DNA of 63,816 nt, filler included, from Elsinoe ampelina (taxonomy: Eukaryota), in NCBI GenBank assembly GCA_010093995.1. It is 32 parts of 32 records of this genome, joined end to end, with 100 filler letters (N's around TTAATTAATTAA, not from the genome) between each part and the next. Parts side by side here need not be neighbours in the genome. Positions count along the whole stretch, not along the records: positions 13,289 to 15,608 come from ML992620.1; positions 15,709 to 18,024 come from ML992621.1; positions 18,125 to 20,408 come from ML992622.1; positions 20,509 to 22,748 come from ML992623.1; positions 22,849 to 25,058 come from ML992624.1; 27 more parts are not named here. One strand, given 5' to 3'. Below the pieces are notes generated by a model. That model worked only from the letters and a program-made list of their open reading frames with translations, searched no databases and had not been told where the DNA came from. The first letter of the stretch is position 1. Every line of letters starts with the position of its first letter. Position numbers and translations under genes: made by a program. This document shows positions 13,289 to 25,158 of the stretch, one piece after another.

Positions 13289-13320
<32 letters not shown>
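13289..13320 (-). repeat. (CAG)n polyglutamine microsatellite at the contig break
   Basis: tgctgctgctg... run on the + strand. Confidence 0.9.
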
Positions 13321-13323
<3 letters not shown>

Positions 13324-14032
13324 GTGTGCTTGTTGCTGATGAAGCTGTTGCTGCTCATGATGTGACTGAGGCGGCAACATTTGCGGAGTGTACCCATGAT
13401 TGCTGCTGATAGACTGGCGGTGCTGTATAGGTGGAGGCGGCTGAGGTGCTGATATTGGAGATGGTCCTACATTAACCGGCGATGGTTGTATGGGAGATGG
13501 ATTCGACATGGTTGGTCGGATCGGCTCAAAGCCGTTTGATATGCTCGGTATAGACATCTGTCGGAGCTGAGGATGGATATGACCATTGTAGGACGCATGA
13601 TGATTCGAATTCTGTGATTCAACATCCGAGGGCGGGCGCGCGGGGACTCGGCCAGCGTAGATGGGTTCTGTCACGTTCGGATCATGATGTTGAGGATGAT
13701 GCTGTTGGCCATTCTGTGGGGGATGAATTGCGGTTGGAGATATGGCTTGGTCGTTTCCAGCTTGTGGAGAATGAAGCTTGGTGTGGCGAAACAAGACGTC
13801 GCTATCATGATTAGCGATACCCGGTGAGAAGGTTCATTAGCATCGTGATTACCTTCGTGAGAAGCGTTTCTGACACGTCGGGCATTCGTACGGCCTTTCC
13901 TTTGTGTCTGTCATGGATCGTCAGCAAGGTCAATCAACATGAATCGAAGCACGAACGCGATCTTTGATGCCGTTTAAAGTGCTCGGTCTTTGTGAACTTT
14001 CTGTCGCAAAGTTGACATGTACGCAATACCAT
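13289..14032 (-). CDS. C2H2 zinc-finger transcription factor (two N-terminal fingers, Adr1/AmdX-like layout), 3' truncated
   Basis: Exons 14032-13957, 13907-13853 and 13801-13289 with GT-AG introns carrying CTGAC/CTAAT branch sites. Spliced protein: MVLRTCQLCDRKFTKTEHFKRHQRSHTKERPYECPTCQKRFSRSDVLFRHTKLH..., then a Q/H/P-rich region. Confidence 0.92.
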
Positions 14033-14448
14033 GGTCGCCGGTCAGACTCCGGGTGGCCGCGACTGGCCTCGGTGGGAGGTGTTTATGCCGGTAAATGTCG
14101 TATGTCGGCAGGTCGAGGCAAGGTTCACGAGATGCAGCGGGATAGTGATGCAGACGTCGAGATGGGGTTCGAGTTGCAAGGGACGTTTGCTGAAGACTCG
14201 AGTGGGGCCAGAGTGGAAGCTCTGAAAGACCAGATCCACAGCCGCCGGATGCGAAGATCCGATCGTCGCGGTGATCGATGGAGGGTGGTGGTGCTGCGAG
14301 TGTTGGTGCTGGACCAAGATACCTGCTCTGGCAATTGAAGCTGAGCGTGAGCGGACGAGGGTATGTGGATTGAACGTGAAGCTCTCGAGGAAGCTGAAGT
14401 TATGCCAACTGGCGTTGTCGAGGGTGGGACGAGGGAGCTGGAAGCCTC

Positions 14449-14498
14449 CAAGAGTTCAAGAGTTCAAGGGCTCAAGGGCTCAAGGGCTCAAGGGCAAG
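14449..14498 (+). repeat. 8-bp tandem repeat CAAG(A/G)G(T/C)T, about 5-6 units, in the divergent intergenic region
   Basis: caagagtt caagagtt caagggct caagggct caagggct caaggg. Confidence 0.85.
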
Positions 14499-15110
14499 CC
14501 GCAAAGAGGCGAGTCCACGGTCCAAACGGGGCGCGGCTCAGTAGAGAGACAAGACACAAGACACTCTCCGTCGCGTCTGATTGGCCAGCAACTGCCCCGT
14601 GCCGTGCGGGACCCGTTGTATTTCTCCGCAGATTTTCCCACAAAAGGCGAGATCCATCCGGATGAACAACAGTTCACAAGTAAGCCATCGACCTGAAAAA
14701 AGACCTCCCACATTTTGTCTTCTGACCCTGTTGTCGTTTGAAGCTCTCGATAAAACTCCTTCGTCTTCTGCTTGTCTTTCACCTCGAGAAATAATCAGGA
14801 TCAGGCTCAACAGGATGCACATGGCGCGAAACACCCCCGACACCCAGCTTCAGTTCCTTCCTGATCCGGCTGGGCTTTCCTTCAACCTTGATTAAAAAAA
14901 AGTCGCCCCTCATCAGTGACATCGTTACATTTCCATGGTTTATTGGCAAGAACACCAGATCCAATTTACACATCGTTCTCCAGGCCGCCAATCCCGCTGC
15001 TCTGCTTCATCCACGCCGCGTGAAACGCCGCTACCTCATCTGCATCGCTTTATCCGCCATACTTCCGCGACCATCTGGTTTTAGATCCTGCCATTGGCTT
15101 CTCCCCAGCC

Positions 15111-15608
15111 ATGTCTGGCGAGACCAAAGCCTGGGTCTTCAACCATGAAGGTTACCCTCGAGCACTGCGCTTGTCCACAGTGCCGATAAAGACTTCATTG
15201 GGCACAAATGAGGTTCGCGTCAAAGTGAAGGCCGCTGCCATAAACCCTGTAGACATACAACTCATGAACTTTCCTCTCTGGCCGTATCTTCCTGCCTCCA
15301 TTGCCGCGCCAGAGCATGGTGTCGCCGCCGACTTTTCTGGCATCGTCGAAGCTGCAGGAGAAGACTCGGGCTACAAGAAAGGCGACGAGGTAAGTCTGAT
15401 GTTTTCCGCACCATGTATCTCGCAAGACTCCCCCCTCTCCAATTCATCTCTAGTACAGTCCGGACAATCCCATCCCACCCTCCCACCATCCCCTACCATC
15501 CCCTACCACCCACTAACCCCTCCCCCCAGATCTTCGGCATGCTCCCCCTCCTAACCGGCACCCTCCAACAAACCATCCAATTCGCCCCCTCCCTCGCTGC
15601 CACAGCCC
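15111..15608 (+). CDS. Medium-chain dehydrogenase/reductase (GroES-like domain; Yim1/Ast1-like or quinone oxidoreductase-like), 3' truncated
   Basis: Exon 1 15111-15389 (EVRVKVKAAAINPVD...DFSGIVEAAG...YKKGDE), intron 15390-15529 (GTAAGT...CTAAC...CAG), exon 2 in frame (IFGMLP...GTLQQ). Confidence 0.88.
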
Positions 15609-15708
15609 NNNNNNNNNNNNNNNNNNNNNNNNNNNNNNNNNNNNNNNNNNNNTTAATTAATTAANNNNNNNNNNNNNNNNNNNNNNNNNNNNNNNNNNNN
15701 NNNNNNNN

Positions 15709-16392
15709 TAGTAGAACTATTCTCTCTAGTTAAGTCTATTAAGCTTAATAACTAGTCTTCTTAAAGATAAGAACTAATCTTCTATAGTTAGGAATTAAGT
15801 TCTTTAAGGAGAAGAGAATTAAATAAATAAATAAAAGTTAAGTTTAGTTAATAACCTCTAGTTAATAGTTGTCTATAAGGCTAGCTAGGCCTTAGAGGAA
15901 GTTAATAAATCGAATATGTTTAGTTAATCTAGCTAATAAATAGTAGCTATAGTAGAACAATTATAGGAGTTAAATCTATGCTAAATAGAAGTACTATTCC
16001 TACTTATTGTCCTAAGTAGTATAATCTTTTACGACTTATAGTATAGTCTACTAGGCTTACTAAAGGTATCTAGATAGTTAACTATAAGGTAGTAGAGATA
16101 TTATAATTCTACTTCTGTTTTGTTTAAGTAGTAGGCTAACTACTATATATATAATTCTATACTTATGCTATAAGCTCTAGGCTTATAACCTGTTAAGCAA
16201 AAGGCATATTTAGGGATAGAGTATTATATAGAACTAATCCGCATACTAGTTAGGTAATAGACGAGTTAATTAATTAAGAAGTTTATTTACCGAAAGAAAG
16301 AATAGCTATAAATCCCTAGGACTTAGTATTATATAACTTATAGTTATATAACCTTTAGGCCTAATTATCTAGAGAGAGCTATATTCTTAACA
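15709..16392 (-). mobile_element. Copia element 5' end: 5' LTR (16191-16392), primer-binding site and start of gag
   Basis: LTR with intact TG...CA ends and TGTTAAG/CTTAACA inverted termini, followed on the minus strand by GGTTATAAGCC (RIP-mutated GGTTATGAGCC primer-binding site). Confidence 0.78.
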
Positions 16393-16491
16393 TTATTTAT
16401 AATTTAATATTAAGGAGAGTAGTTATTCTATATAATAACTATAAGAGAAGAGTAAAAACTTAAAGTAAAAGGTTAAAAAATATATTTTCCT

Positions 16492-18024
16492 TATTAAGTA
16501 GAAGGTATATTTAGGGGTAGAATATTATATAGAACTAATTATATACTAGTTAGGTAATAGATAAGTTAATTAATTAAAAGAAGTCTATCTACTAGAAGAA
16601 AGAATAGCTATAAATCCCTAGGCCTTAGTATTATATAACTTAAAGTTATATAACTTTATAGCTTAATTATCTAAAGAGAGCTATATTCTTAATACTTCTA
16701 CTTAGCTCCTATAGATAAGCTATTAGGTTAATAATAAACTAAGTTACTTTATAAACCTTATAAAGATCTAACCTTATAATAGCTTAGTTAATCTATTAGC
16801 TACTATGTCTACTATCTTTATAAACTCTACTTAAATCCTCTAGTCTCTTTATAGCCTCCTAATATAGTAGTAAGCGACATTAATATACTTTACTCTTTTA
16901 TAAGTATATAGCTCTTTTATAAGTAGAATAGCTACTTAGTTATTACTATTAATCCTAGTAGTAAAGGGTAATCTTATTATTACTTTCTAAAATTCCTTTA
17001 TAGTTAGCTTCTATAGTAATTACCTAACTATCTTATAATAGCCTATATCTCTTAGTAACTAAGATAGGAACTATAATTTCTTTATATAAGAGTATATTAC
17101 TATATATTTAGCCTCTATAGTAGAGGTTAAAATAGACTTTTACTTCTTACTTATCTAGCTAATAGAACTACCTATAAGTATAAAGATATATCTAAGAATA
17201 GAGACCTTATCTAACTTATCTAAGGTATAGTCTAAATTAGAGTATCTCTTAAGAGTCTTATTCTTATTCCTTCTAAATATAATACTAAGATCTTTAGTTA
17301 ATCTAATATATCTTAATATCTTCTTTATTTTAATAGTATAACTATCTATTAGATCTACTATAAACTAACTTAGCCTTCCTAAGGTAAAGGTAGTATCTAG
17401 CCTTATTAAGGTACTAAGGTATATCTAGCTTCTAATAGTATATAAATACTTAGTTCTACTATACCTTTTATTATTTTCCTAAGCTCTTTAAAGAAGCTTA
17501 TTATCTATTAGCTACTTTGTTAGAGTAACCTTATTAGAGGTTATATTAAGCCTCTATAGTACATTATCTATATAGTAGGTTTAATTAAGTCTTAAGGTGC
17601 TTTATTATCTATCCCTTATAACTTTAACCCTAAGAACTTTATTAACTTTACTAAGATTTTTAATCTTAAAGATCTTACTAAGTTCTTACTTAAACTACTA
17701 AATATTCTTTTTACTTTATACTATAAATAGTATATTATTAATATAAACTAAAAGAATAATCTTCTTATTATAGTATATAAGTAGATAGAGATCTACTTTA
17801 CTCTAAGTAAAGCCTAGCTTTAGGAGCTTAGAGATATAGTGCTAGTTCTAGTCTCTAGTAGCTTACTTAAGTCTATATAAGCTCCTTAGAATCTAAAAGG
17901 TAAATCTAGAACTAACCTTTAGTCTAGGTAGTAGCCTTATATAAATTCTTTTATAAAGAAAGAACTTTATAAAGGTGTTATTAATATCTACCTAGTAACA
18001 CTTAAGGTTATATATATAAATAAT
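16492..18024 (-). mobile_element. Copia element 3' end: RT/RNase H, polypurine tract and 3' LTR (16492-16694), RIP-mutated
   Basis: Reverse complement of 47947-49222. De-RIP motifs YVDD, SSTEAEY, DNQAA and SKHIDVAYH. The LTR duplicates 16191-16392. Confidence 0.88.
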
Positions 18025-18124
18025 NNNNNNNNNNNNNNNNNNNNNNNNNNNNNNNNNNNNNNNNNNNNTTAATTAATTAANNNNNNNNNNNNNNNNNNNN
18101 NNNNNNNNNNNNNNNNNNNNNNNN

Positions 18125-18478
18125 AGGCGTTCCTAAGTGATCGAGCTGAAAGAGGTAACTAACGAGCGTCTCTTCTTCGGCCGGAGATAGTAACTGCTTC
18201 GGTAGATTACGTGTAGTACGTGATTGTCGGCTGTGAAGCCTATCTCGAAGCGTAGAAGGCGGAATCTTAAACGCGTCGGCAGCTTGTCGAATCGAGTCGT
18301 AAGTATCGTTCCGATAGCCTCGGAGAGCAGCTTTAATATCTGCTTCAGAATACATATAAAACAGCTCGAAGAATGATGTTTGTCACGTAGGAAGAAGGAA
18401 TAGTCACGAAGATTACGCGTTATATATATAGGGGCGTGCGCGAATTGTGGGGGTGCGCGACTCGTGGGTAGGTCACGT
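18125..18478 (-). mobile_element. pogo/Fot1-like DNA transposon 5' end with transposase N-terminus (HTH_psq/CENP-B-type), ORF from 18355
   Basis: MYSEADIKAAL...SIRQAADAFKIPPSTLRDRL...QLLSPAEEETLV. The terminal repeat begins ACGTGACC... right after a TA (18479-18480). Confidence 0.88.
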
Positions 18479-18705
18479 TAGTACGTAGGATTTTAAACGC
18501 GTTAGTAGTAGCGTTTAGAGAGTCGAATTGCTCGTGTCAATAGCCGTCTAGGGCGGCGGCGACGTTGGCTTCTATATACATAATGAAACAATTTAGATTA
18601 TAATGTTTGTTACGTAAAAAGGAAGGATAATTACGAAGTATATACGAAAAAAATAAGGAGGTGTAAGTCACTTATAGGGGTGCGTCGATTGTAGGGGAGT
18701 AATGT
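18479..18705 (-). mobile_element. Second, related pogo/Fot1-like 5' end, interrupted by the first
   Basis: ATG at 18581 reads MY(T)EA(D)VAAALDGY..EQFDSLNA...AFKI(P)RT, a paralog of the 18355 ORF. Terminal repeat ACATTACTCCCC... follows a TA. Confidence 0.75.
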
Positions 18706-18707
18706 TA

Positions 18708-20184
18708 ACTTAACCTAAGTTAAGTTATATAGTCTTAGGAGCTATAACATATAACACATGTTAGATTAACTTAACTTAACTTAAGTTACCCTAGATAGTC
18801 TTAGCGTTTAGAGTGCCTACTAGCTCTACTATAATTACATTTTGGCCTTAGTTATAATTCCTCTAAATGAATCGGCTTAGTATAACGCTACTCTTTGCGT
18901 TATATTACCTAAGACGACAAAATAGCACTCTTATAGACTGTATCTTCTATTGCGGGCTTACTCTTTGCGATTATTAAGGGTCTAAGTTAGCTAGTAATTA
19001 AGGAGCTATCGCTAGTAATATTCTACTAATGTTATCTACTAGGAGTTTACGCACCCCTAAAGTTCGCATATATAAAATAGCATTAACGAAGTAACTTCTT
19101 TAATTGCTCTATTAAATTAAGCTAATTCGTCACTAGAATTAGACTCTAAAGGCTCTAGCTCTTCTTCTTTCTCTTCCTCGAGTATATCTTCTAGTGTAGG
19201 TAATTTCTTATGCTTTTTTTGCTTCTTCTTCTTTATTGCTTCTTTAGCTTTATAAAGAATATTAATCGTTTCTTGCTTACTAAAGACGAAATAGCCTTTA
19301 ATAGTAACGCGCTTACTACTTTTCTTATACTTACGCGTCTTAAGGAGCTATTACTATTGTTTAATTTTGCGCTATAATAATGTAAAAGCTATAGTTATTA
19401 ATTCTAAATGTAATGTCATTCTTAAGATATATCGCTTAACTAGTAATTCGATATCTACGACAGCTATATACGCGTTAAGATTATAGTTAACTAGATATAA
19501 TAGTACGCCGGATTATAGCTCTAACTATAAGACATTTTTGTTAGATAGGACCTATTCTACTAGAGTAACTAATTAATTATGTAATTCGTATAGTAAATTA
19601 GTAAGCACTATAATAGGGCTTATTAGATAGATACTAGAGTATCTAAAACTAGATTTAATATTTCTTATACGTTAGTTAGAGCGTATATCTCTATATACGT
19701 ATAGGATTCGGCCTACTATATATAGTATATTTAGCTAGAATTAAGACGTTAGAGGTTATTAATCTCTATTGTAAGAGCTATCTTTAATAGTGAAAAACAT
19801 ATAATGTTAAGTAGCTAAAGAATATATAATACATAAGGGAGAAATATAATAAGGTTAATATTATACTTAAAATAGAAAAAGATAAATATAGCTATAACAT
19901 ATAAGCTATAGCTATCTAAAATAAGGAGGCGTTAATAGCTATCGATGTTATATATTTTAGGCTTAAAGATAGTTATAAGCTACTTATAACTATACGCGTT
20001 ACTTGTCTAGCCTTTATTCGATATTAAGAAACACTATCTAGCTAGCTACGGATCTAGAATCTACTATATTATAAGGTATTTAGCCTTATAGATAATAAGG
20101 GAGAGAAGAGCGTCTCTAGAGACTTATATATACTCGAGGATTAATATCTACTCTTGTCGGCTAATAATACGTTTTCTAGCCTTC
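18708..20184 (-). mobile_element. pogo/Fot1-like DDE_1 transposase catalytic and C-terminal region, RIP-mutated
   Basis: De-RIP RLLILDGHSSH at ~19900-19930 and HILQPLD..CFSPLK at ~19785-19830. Confidence 0.82.
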
Positions 20185-20397
20185 TATAAGGGCTTAGTAT
20201 TAGAGTAGCACTTAGTAGCGGCTAGTCCCGCTTACGTAACGTACTTAAATATCCTACGTAGCACTTACGCCTAAGGCTTAATAGTAATTAGTTCTACTAC
20301 TAACGGACTATTTAGTTAGATAGGCGTTCTCTATATTATAATATATATAGCTTTAATATAAGGCTTTAATAGTTCTAATTACTCCCCTATAGTTATA
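20185..20397 (+). repeat. Gypsy family B LTR (~213 bp; 3' boundary inferred)
   Basis: Same sequence at 31189-31366 (-), 41548-41760 (-), 42127-42339 (-), 51466-51596 and 51597-51810. It starts TGTAAG (literal at 51597). Confidence 0.8.
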
Positions 20398-20508
20398 ATC
20401 TATTAGACNNNNNNNNNNNNNNNNNNNNNNNNNNNNNNNNNNNNNNNNNNNNTTAATTAATTAANNNNNNNNNNNNNNNNNNNNNNNNNNNNNNNNNNNN
20501 NNNNNNNN

Positions 20509-22748
20509 AACTCTCGCTCTAAGTTACTATTAGCATCTTCGATTACTAGTAAGCTAGGAAAGCTTACTATTAACGACATGTCTACTACTAGTTTAACCTC
20601 GGGTAAGCACCGAAGGTCTCTTAGCATAGAGGAAGGACAAGGTAAGCCTAAGTTAGAGGTAGAGCCCTTCTATAGGGACCGCGCCTACTTAAGGCGCTTC
20701 CTTGTTCAACTTAAAGCCTTCTTCGCTCTAGAGAGAGACAAATACGCTAACGACGCAGCAAAGGTTCTCTATGCCGGGATGCACCTTAAAGGCGCCGCCT
20801 TCGGGTGGTTCGAGCCTTACATAAGTAGCTACCTAGACGGACAACTAAGTCTAGATACGAAGGCTATCTTTAAGAGTTTTAGTATCTTCTAAGCGAAGAT
20901 TAAGTAAGTCTTTAACGTATCTAACGAAGAATACGTCGCCGCAACGAAGATCTAACAACTATAACAACGTAGGTCTATAGCCTAGTACTACTCCTAGTTC
21001 TAACAACTCGTAATGCATCTAGATTAGGATAATAGTGCCAAACATTTAGCATTCTACTAAGGACTAAGCGACTCGGTCAAAGACTAAATAATACCCGAGC
21101 CGCCCGACAGCCTCTAAGAACTAGTAGATACTACGATTGCTATTGACAACCGACTTTACGAACGACGCATAGAACGTCGTAGAGGATATAAGGCGAACAC
21201 CGGATATACGCGTTCCTCCCGGAACTATAGAGACCCTATAGAACTTGACGCTATACGCGAAGGTCGCCCCTTACGGGCAAAAGGCTAAGGTCGCGGAGGA
21301 AAGTTCCTTAGTGGAAAAGAGAGAGAGAAGTACAGACGAGACAACCTATGTTTCAAGTGTAAAAGACCTAGGCATCGGGCTAGGGACTGCCGACAAGGGG
21401 CGCCAGCCGATGGATTACATATGATAGTTGCCAGGCCAGTAGAAAAAAAGGCTAACACTACTACAGAAGACCTAACGACCTTTAGCGTAGGCAAGGAAAC
21501 ACAGAAGAAGTCTATAATAACTCGAGAGGCGAGAAAATCCTCTCCGGATGTTACGCTTAATATCTCCACGACTAATAGCAAATAACAAAGCTAACACGCG
21601 ACGCTATTATAGACAGCATATTACGATAACTCTTGTTACATTCACTTATTAGATAAGCAGGGATCTAGTTAGTTTCTACACAAGCTATCTAAGCGTAGGC
21701 AACTAACGAAACAGCTAGACTAGGAACCTAACCTAGAAGGGTTCTCTATAATTAGCGGCAAAACTAACTAACTATAGAAGGTAGTCAGCGACAATTACTA
21801 ATATACGATCATCGAGACGAGGTATTAGAACGCGAGTGCCACACGACAACATAGTAGCCTTACCTTTAGCCCTTACGGCGAACTACAAGGAAAGGCATAT
21901 TATGTGTCGCTCTAGAAATGTACAAATCCAGATTGCGAATAGTACTACTCTGTCTACTCACACGATGTACTTAGAGAAGACGCCGTTAGTCTCGAATACA
22001 CTACGGACTTCTCGGTAATCGAGATAGGCAGTACCGTTCCCTGTAGCCAAATACGAGAGTGTACTCGGTGCAGCCTTACTGACTGCAACTACGCTAGGGG
22101 CAGCAGCGACGAGGAGGAATACAACGAAGGATACACCGAACGAATACAATATAACAACACGGACTCATCCGACGACGACGATGTACCGCTACTAGGCAGA
22201 CGACTTAAAGCATACCTTATAGGGATATAGAGGAATTATATGATAATATACACCTACTACTAGAATAGGACACGACAAGACGAATCTACACAACCTGCTT
22301 TCGTCTTTAATGCTAACGCCTAGCTACACCTAGAGGGAATAGTTATACCAATACGGGTGTGCGACACTACTTAGTGCAACTAGTAGAGAATTATCGGACT
22401 TTATAGTTATTAAGGAACGCAAGCACTAGAAGTTTACCTCGCTATGTCAAACAGCGACAAGACACGACTTGCCTAATAGATACGGTACTAACAGTAGATA
22501 CGTGTAGGAAGGGATTAGCTACTTATCTAAGGAGCTGCAATAACAAAAAACTAGCAAGTTGTCGCCTAATAAGGCAAGACAACAACACTGGCCAAAGCCT
22601 TAGCATAATAAAGATCCACACGTTAAATCACTTTATACTAGAAGTCTAGATACAAGGAAATAAGGTAAGAGCAATAATAGATTTAGGAGCTAACTATAGC
22701 TACGTCTCTATAACAGTTGCTAATTGGCTTAAACCTTATTAACATTAG
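20509..22748 (+). mobile_element. Gypsy family F gag (lightly RIP-mutated), gag/pol junction and protease start
   Basis: ATG 20578: ...EPFY.DR..LRRFLVQLKAFF...KVLYAGMHLKGAAFGWFEPY. CCHC knuckle CFKCKRP(G)HRARDC at 21349-21390. AAAAAAC-TAG at 22545-22554. De-RIP AMIDSGA at ~22670-22692. Confidence 0.9.
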
Positions 22749-23539
22749 NNNNNNNNNNNNNNNNNNNNNNNNNNNNNNNNNNNNNNNNNNNNTTAATTAA
22801 TTAANNNNNNNNNNNNNNNNNNNNNNNNNNNNNNNNNNNNNNNNNNNNTGTTGGTCATGTATCAGCAATTCCTCAAGCTATTTGAAGCGTACCCGCTGGT
22901 CAATGACGATGCTTAGGACTTGGCTGCTGGATCGAGTCTCCACCATAGAGCACCATTGTACATCGCAGACTCCAATCCATTGTAACATAGTAACATCACA
23001 AACTTGATGAACGAGGCGTCTTCTAGAACGGAACGTGTTAGCTGTGACCGGCGGCTTCAAAGCATAGATTGCTCCGACAACCGATCACGCCGATGACCCA
23101 CCTGACCGCCGCCTAGTCCAGATACGACACATGAATCCTACCAGTATCGGTCATTATTGCCCAGCCTGCTAGGTTCTGATATCACCATCAATTTGTCCGA
23201 CGTTTACATAACCCTACCCCAATCGCCGAACCGGAGCAGAACCAGATAATTCGGCAGGGTCACTTCCGTGTGAATGTTCATCCGTATGTCGCTTTGTCCG
23301 CCGCCCCGGCGTACGTGAATACGCAAATACGAAATACGAGACACGCGCATACGAGCGTTCTCAGCCGGGAAGTGTTCTACTGTCATCATGGACCATGTAC
23401 ACTCCTGGTACCACACACAGGCCTCAGACAAGGCGAGAGCCATCGCTTAACTACTCATGGCTCACTAGCTGTGTGATAATGATGATCGTATATGGTCTCA
23501 ACAAACAAGGCCGCGACACCAGCACCAGTCTTGAATCAT

Positions 23540-24482
23540 GGATCATGCAGTACTGCTCTGCTCCAACTAGAACATACCTCTGCCGTCTTTGTTCAACGCC
23601 AATGCCACCGCCTCCGTTTTGAACTTGGTGATCAACTTGACCCGAGCGGTATCCGACAATCTGTAGTACAACAATCCTTCGGTCCAAGCAAGAGGCATCG
23701 AATTTTGCAACATCGCGGTCACCTACACGCATGCAGGGCAGGGCGATAGCATCAATACTGGGACATGGCTTCCCTTGAAGGAGTTCAATGGGCGACCACA
23801 AGCAGCTGGTGGAGGTCGCTACATCTCTGGGCGGTTCGAATTGACCTATGCCGGAATGGCAGGTGCACTAGCTCAGGGCTACGCCACGACCAGCACAGAT
23901 GCAGGCCTAGGAAGTGCCATGCTGCCAGACGAGTGGGCGCTTCTTAGTCCCGGCAATGTGAATCTATGCAACCTGCAATACTTAGGATCCGTCTCCTTGC
24001 GCGATACAGTAGGCTTACAGGCTTACTCTTGGATTGAAAACTAATGCTTGTAGACTTTGATCGCGAAGAATCTCATCAGCAGTTTCTATGGATGACCAGC
24101 AGCGTACTCGTACCGCAACGGCTGCTCTCAAGGAGGACGACAGGGTCTCATGCTTGCCCGTTTGCCAGACCTGTTCGACGGCATCGCTGCTGCGGCTCTC
24201 GCGGTCAATTGGAATGAGTTTGTCCCAACTGCGGTCTGAGGTCAAATTGTTACGAACATGCTCAACCACTACCCATCCAAATTAGAGTTGGGTGCTGTCA
24301 CCGCTGCGGCGCTCTTCGCTTGTGATGGACTCGACGGCGTGCTGGATGGCCTCATCGGCGATATAGATGCATGCCACTTCGATCCGTTCACACTGGTCAA
24401 CACATCCGTCATCTGTTAGGGAGTGAAAGTTAAAGACGGCCATGTCACTGCGGAGGTTGCCAATCTCTCATGGACGGGTCCA
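23540..24482 (+). pseudogene. Tannase/feruloyl esterase family pseudogene (5' boundary approximate)
   Basis: FCNIAVTYTH...WLPL..FNGR...GGG...GYATTSTDAG, intron 24009-24053, then [13 protein letters not shown]...FDGI...ACDGLDGVLDGLI. In-frame stops at 24093, 24237 and 24417. No catalytic C-terminal half is recognisable. Confidence 0.85.
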
Positions 24483-24793
24483 TTTGACGTTCTCCCAAAT
24501 TCCGTTCTTGACGTTGAGAAGACTATGTACCCGAAAGATGTCGGACTTGACGAGATCTCATATATCCATGTAGAAAGACAACTTCACAGATGTCAGACGC
24601 GGGTCTCTATCAAGTCGACGGTGATCAGGCCGCCAGCATGCGGGCACTCCGCAGGTTCCAAGCCCGGGAGCGGCACACATTAGGTATACCACCAACTAAC
24701 CTCACAGCTCAATCGGGCAGGAGACGCGGAAACAGGATCAGTGATATATTTGTTCTCACCGCCTACTTACTTCCATGATGTCCAGCCAATACC

Positions 24794-25058
24794 ATGAAGC
24801 TTGCCATCTGGTCTCTTTTCATCCTGGCCACTCGTGGCGCCTTCACAAATCCCAGTCAGCTCACTGTGTCGACCTTGACCGGAGGTTTCACAGGCGTGAT
24901 CGAACCCGCCTTCCCATCAACCCGGCAGTTCCGCTCGATTCCCTTCGCAGAACCTCCTGTAGGATCACGCCGCTGGCTGCCACCACAAAAACTCTCCGCT
25001 TCAGACGGTCACCGCTGGTCGACCAAGTTTCCGCCATCCTGCCCTCAGTTTGTCTCGG
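24794..25058 (+). CDS. Secreted carboxylesterase type B, 5' fragment
   Basis: Signal-peptide-like MKLAIWSLFILATRGAF, then F..IPFAEPPVG.RRW.PP and SCPQ motifs. Truncated by the contig end. Confidence 0.85.
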
Positions 25059-25158
25059 NNNNNNNNNNNNNNNNNNNNNNNNNNNNNNNNNNNNNNNNNN
25101 NNTTAATTAATTAANNNNNNNNNNNNNNNNNNNNNNNNNNNNNNNNNNNNNNNNNNNN

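Noticed and set aside
13964..15148. Numerous overlapping 60-140 aa ORFs
   Set aside because: They lie in the GC-rich intergenic/UTR region between two well-supported genes and have no domain signatures.
22849..23480. Short ORFs and a possible intron at the contig start
   Set aside because: No recognisable product; support is insufficient.
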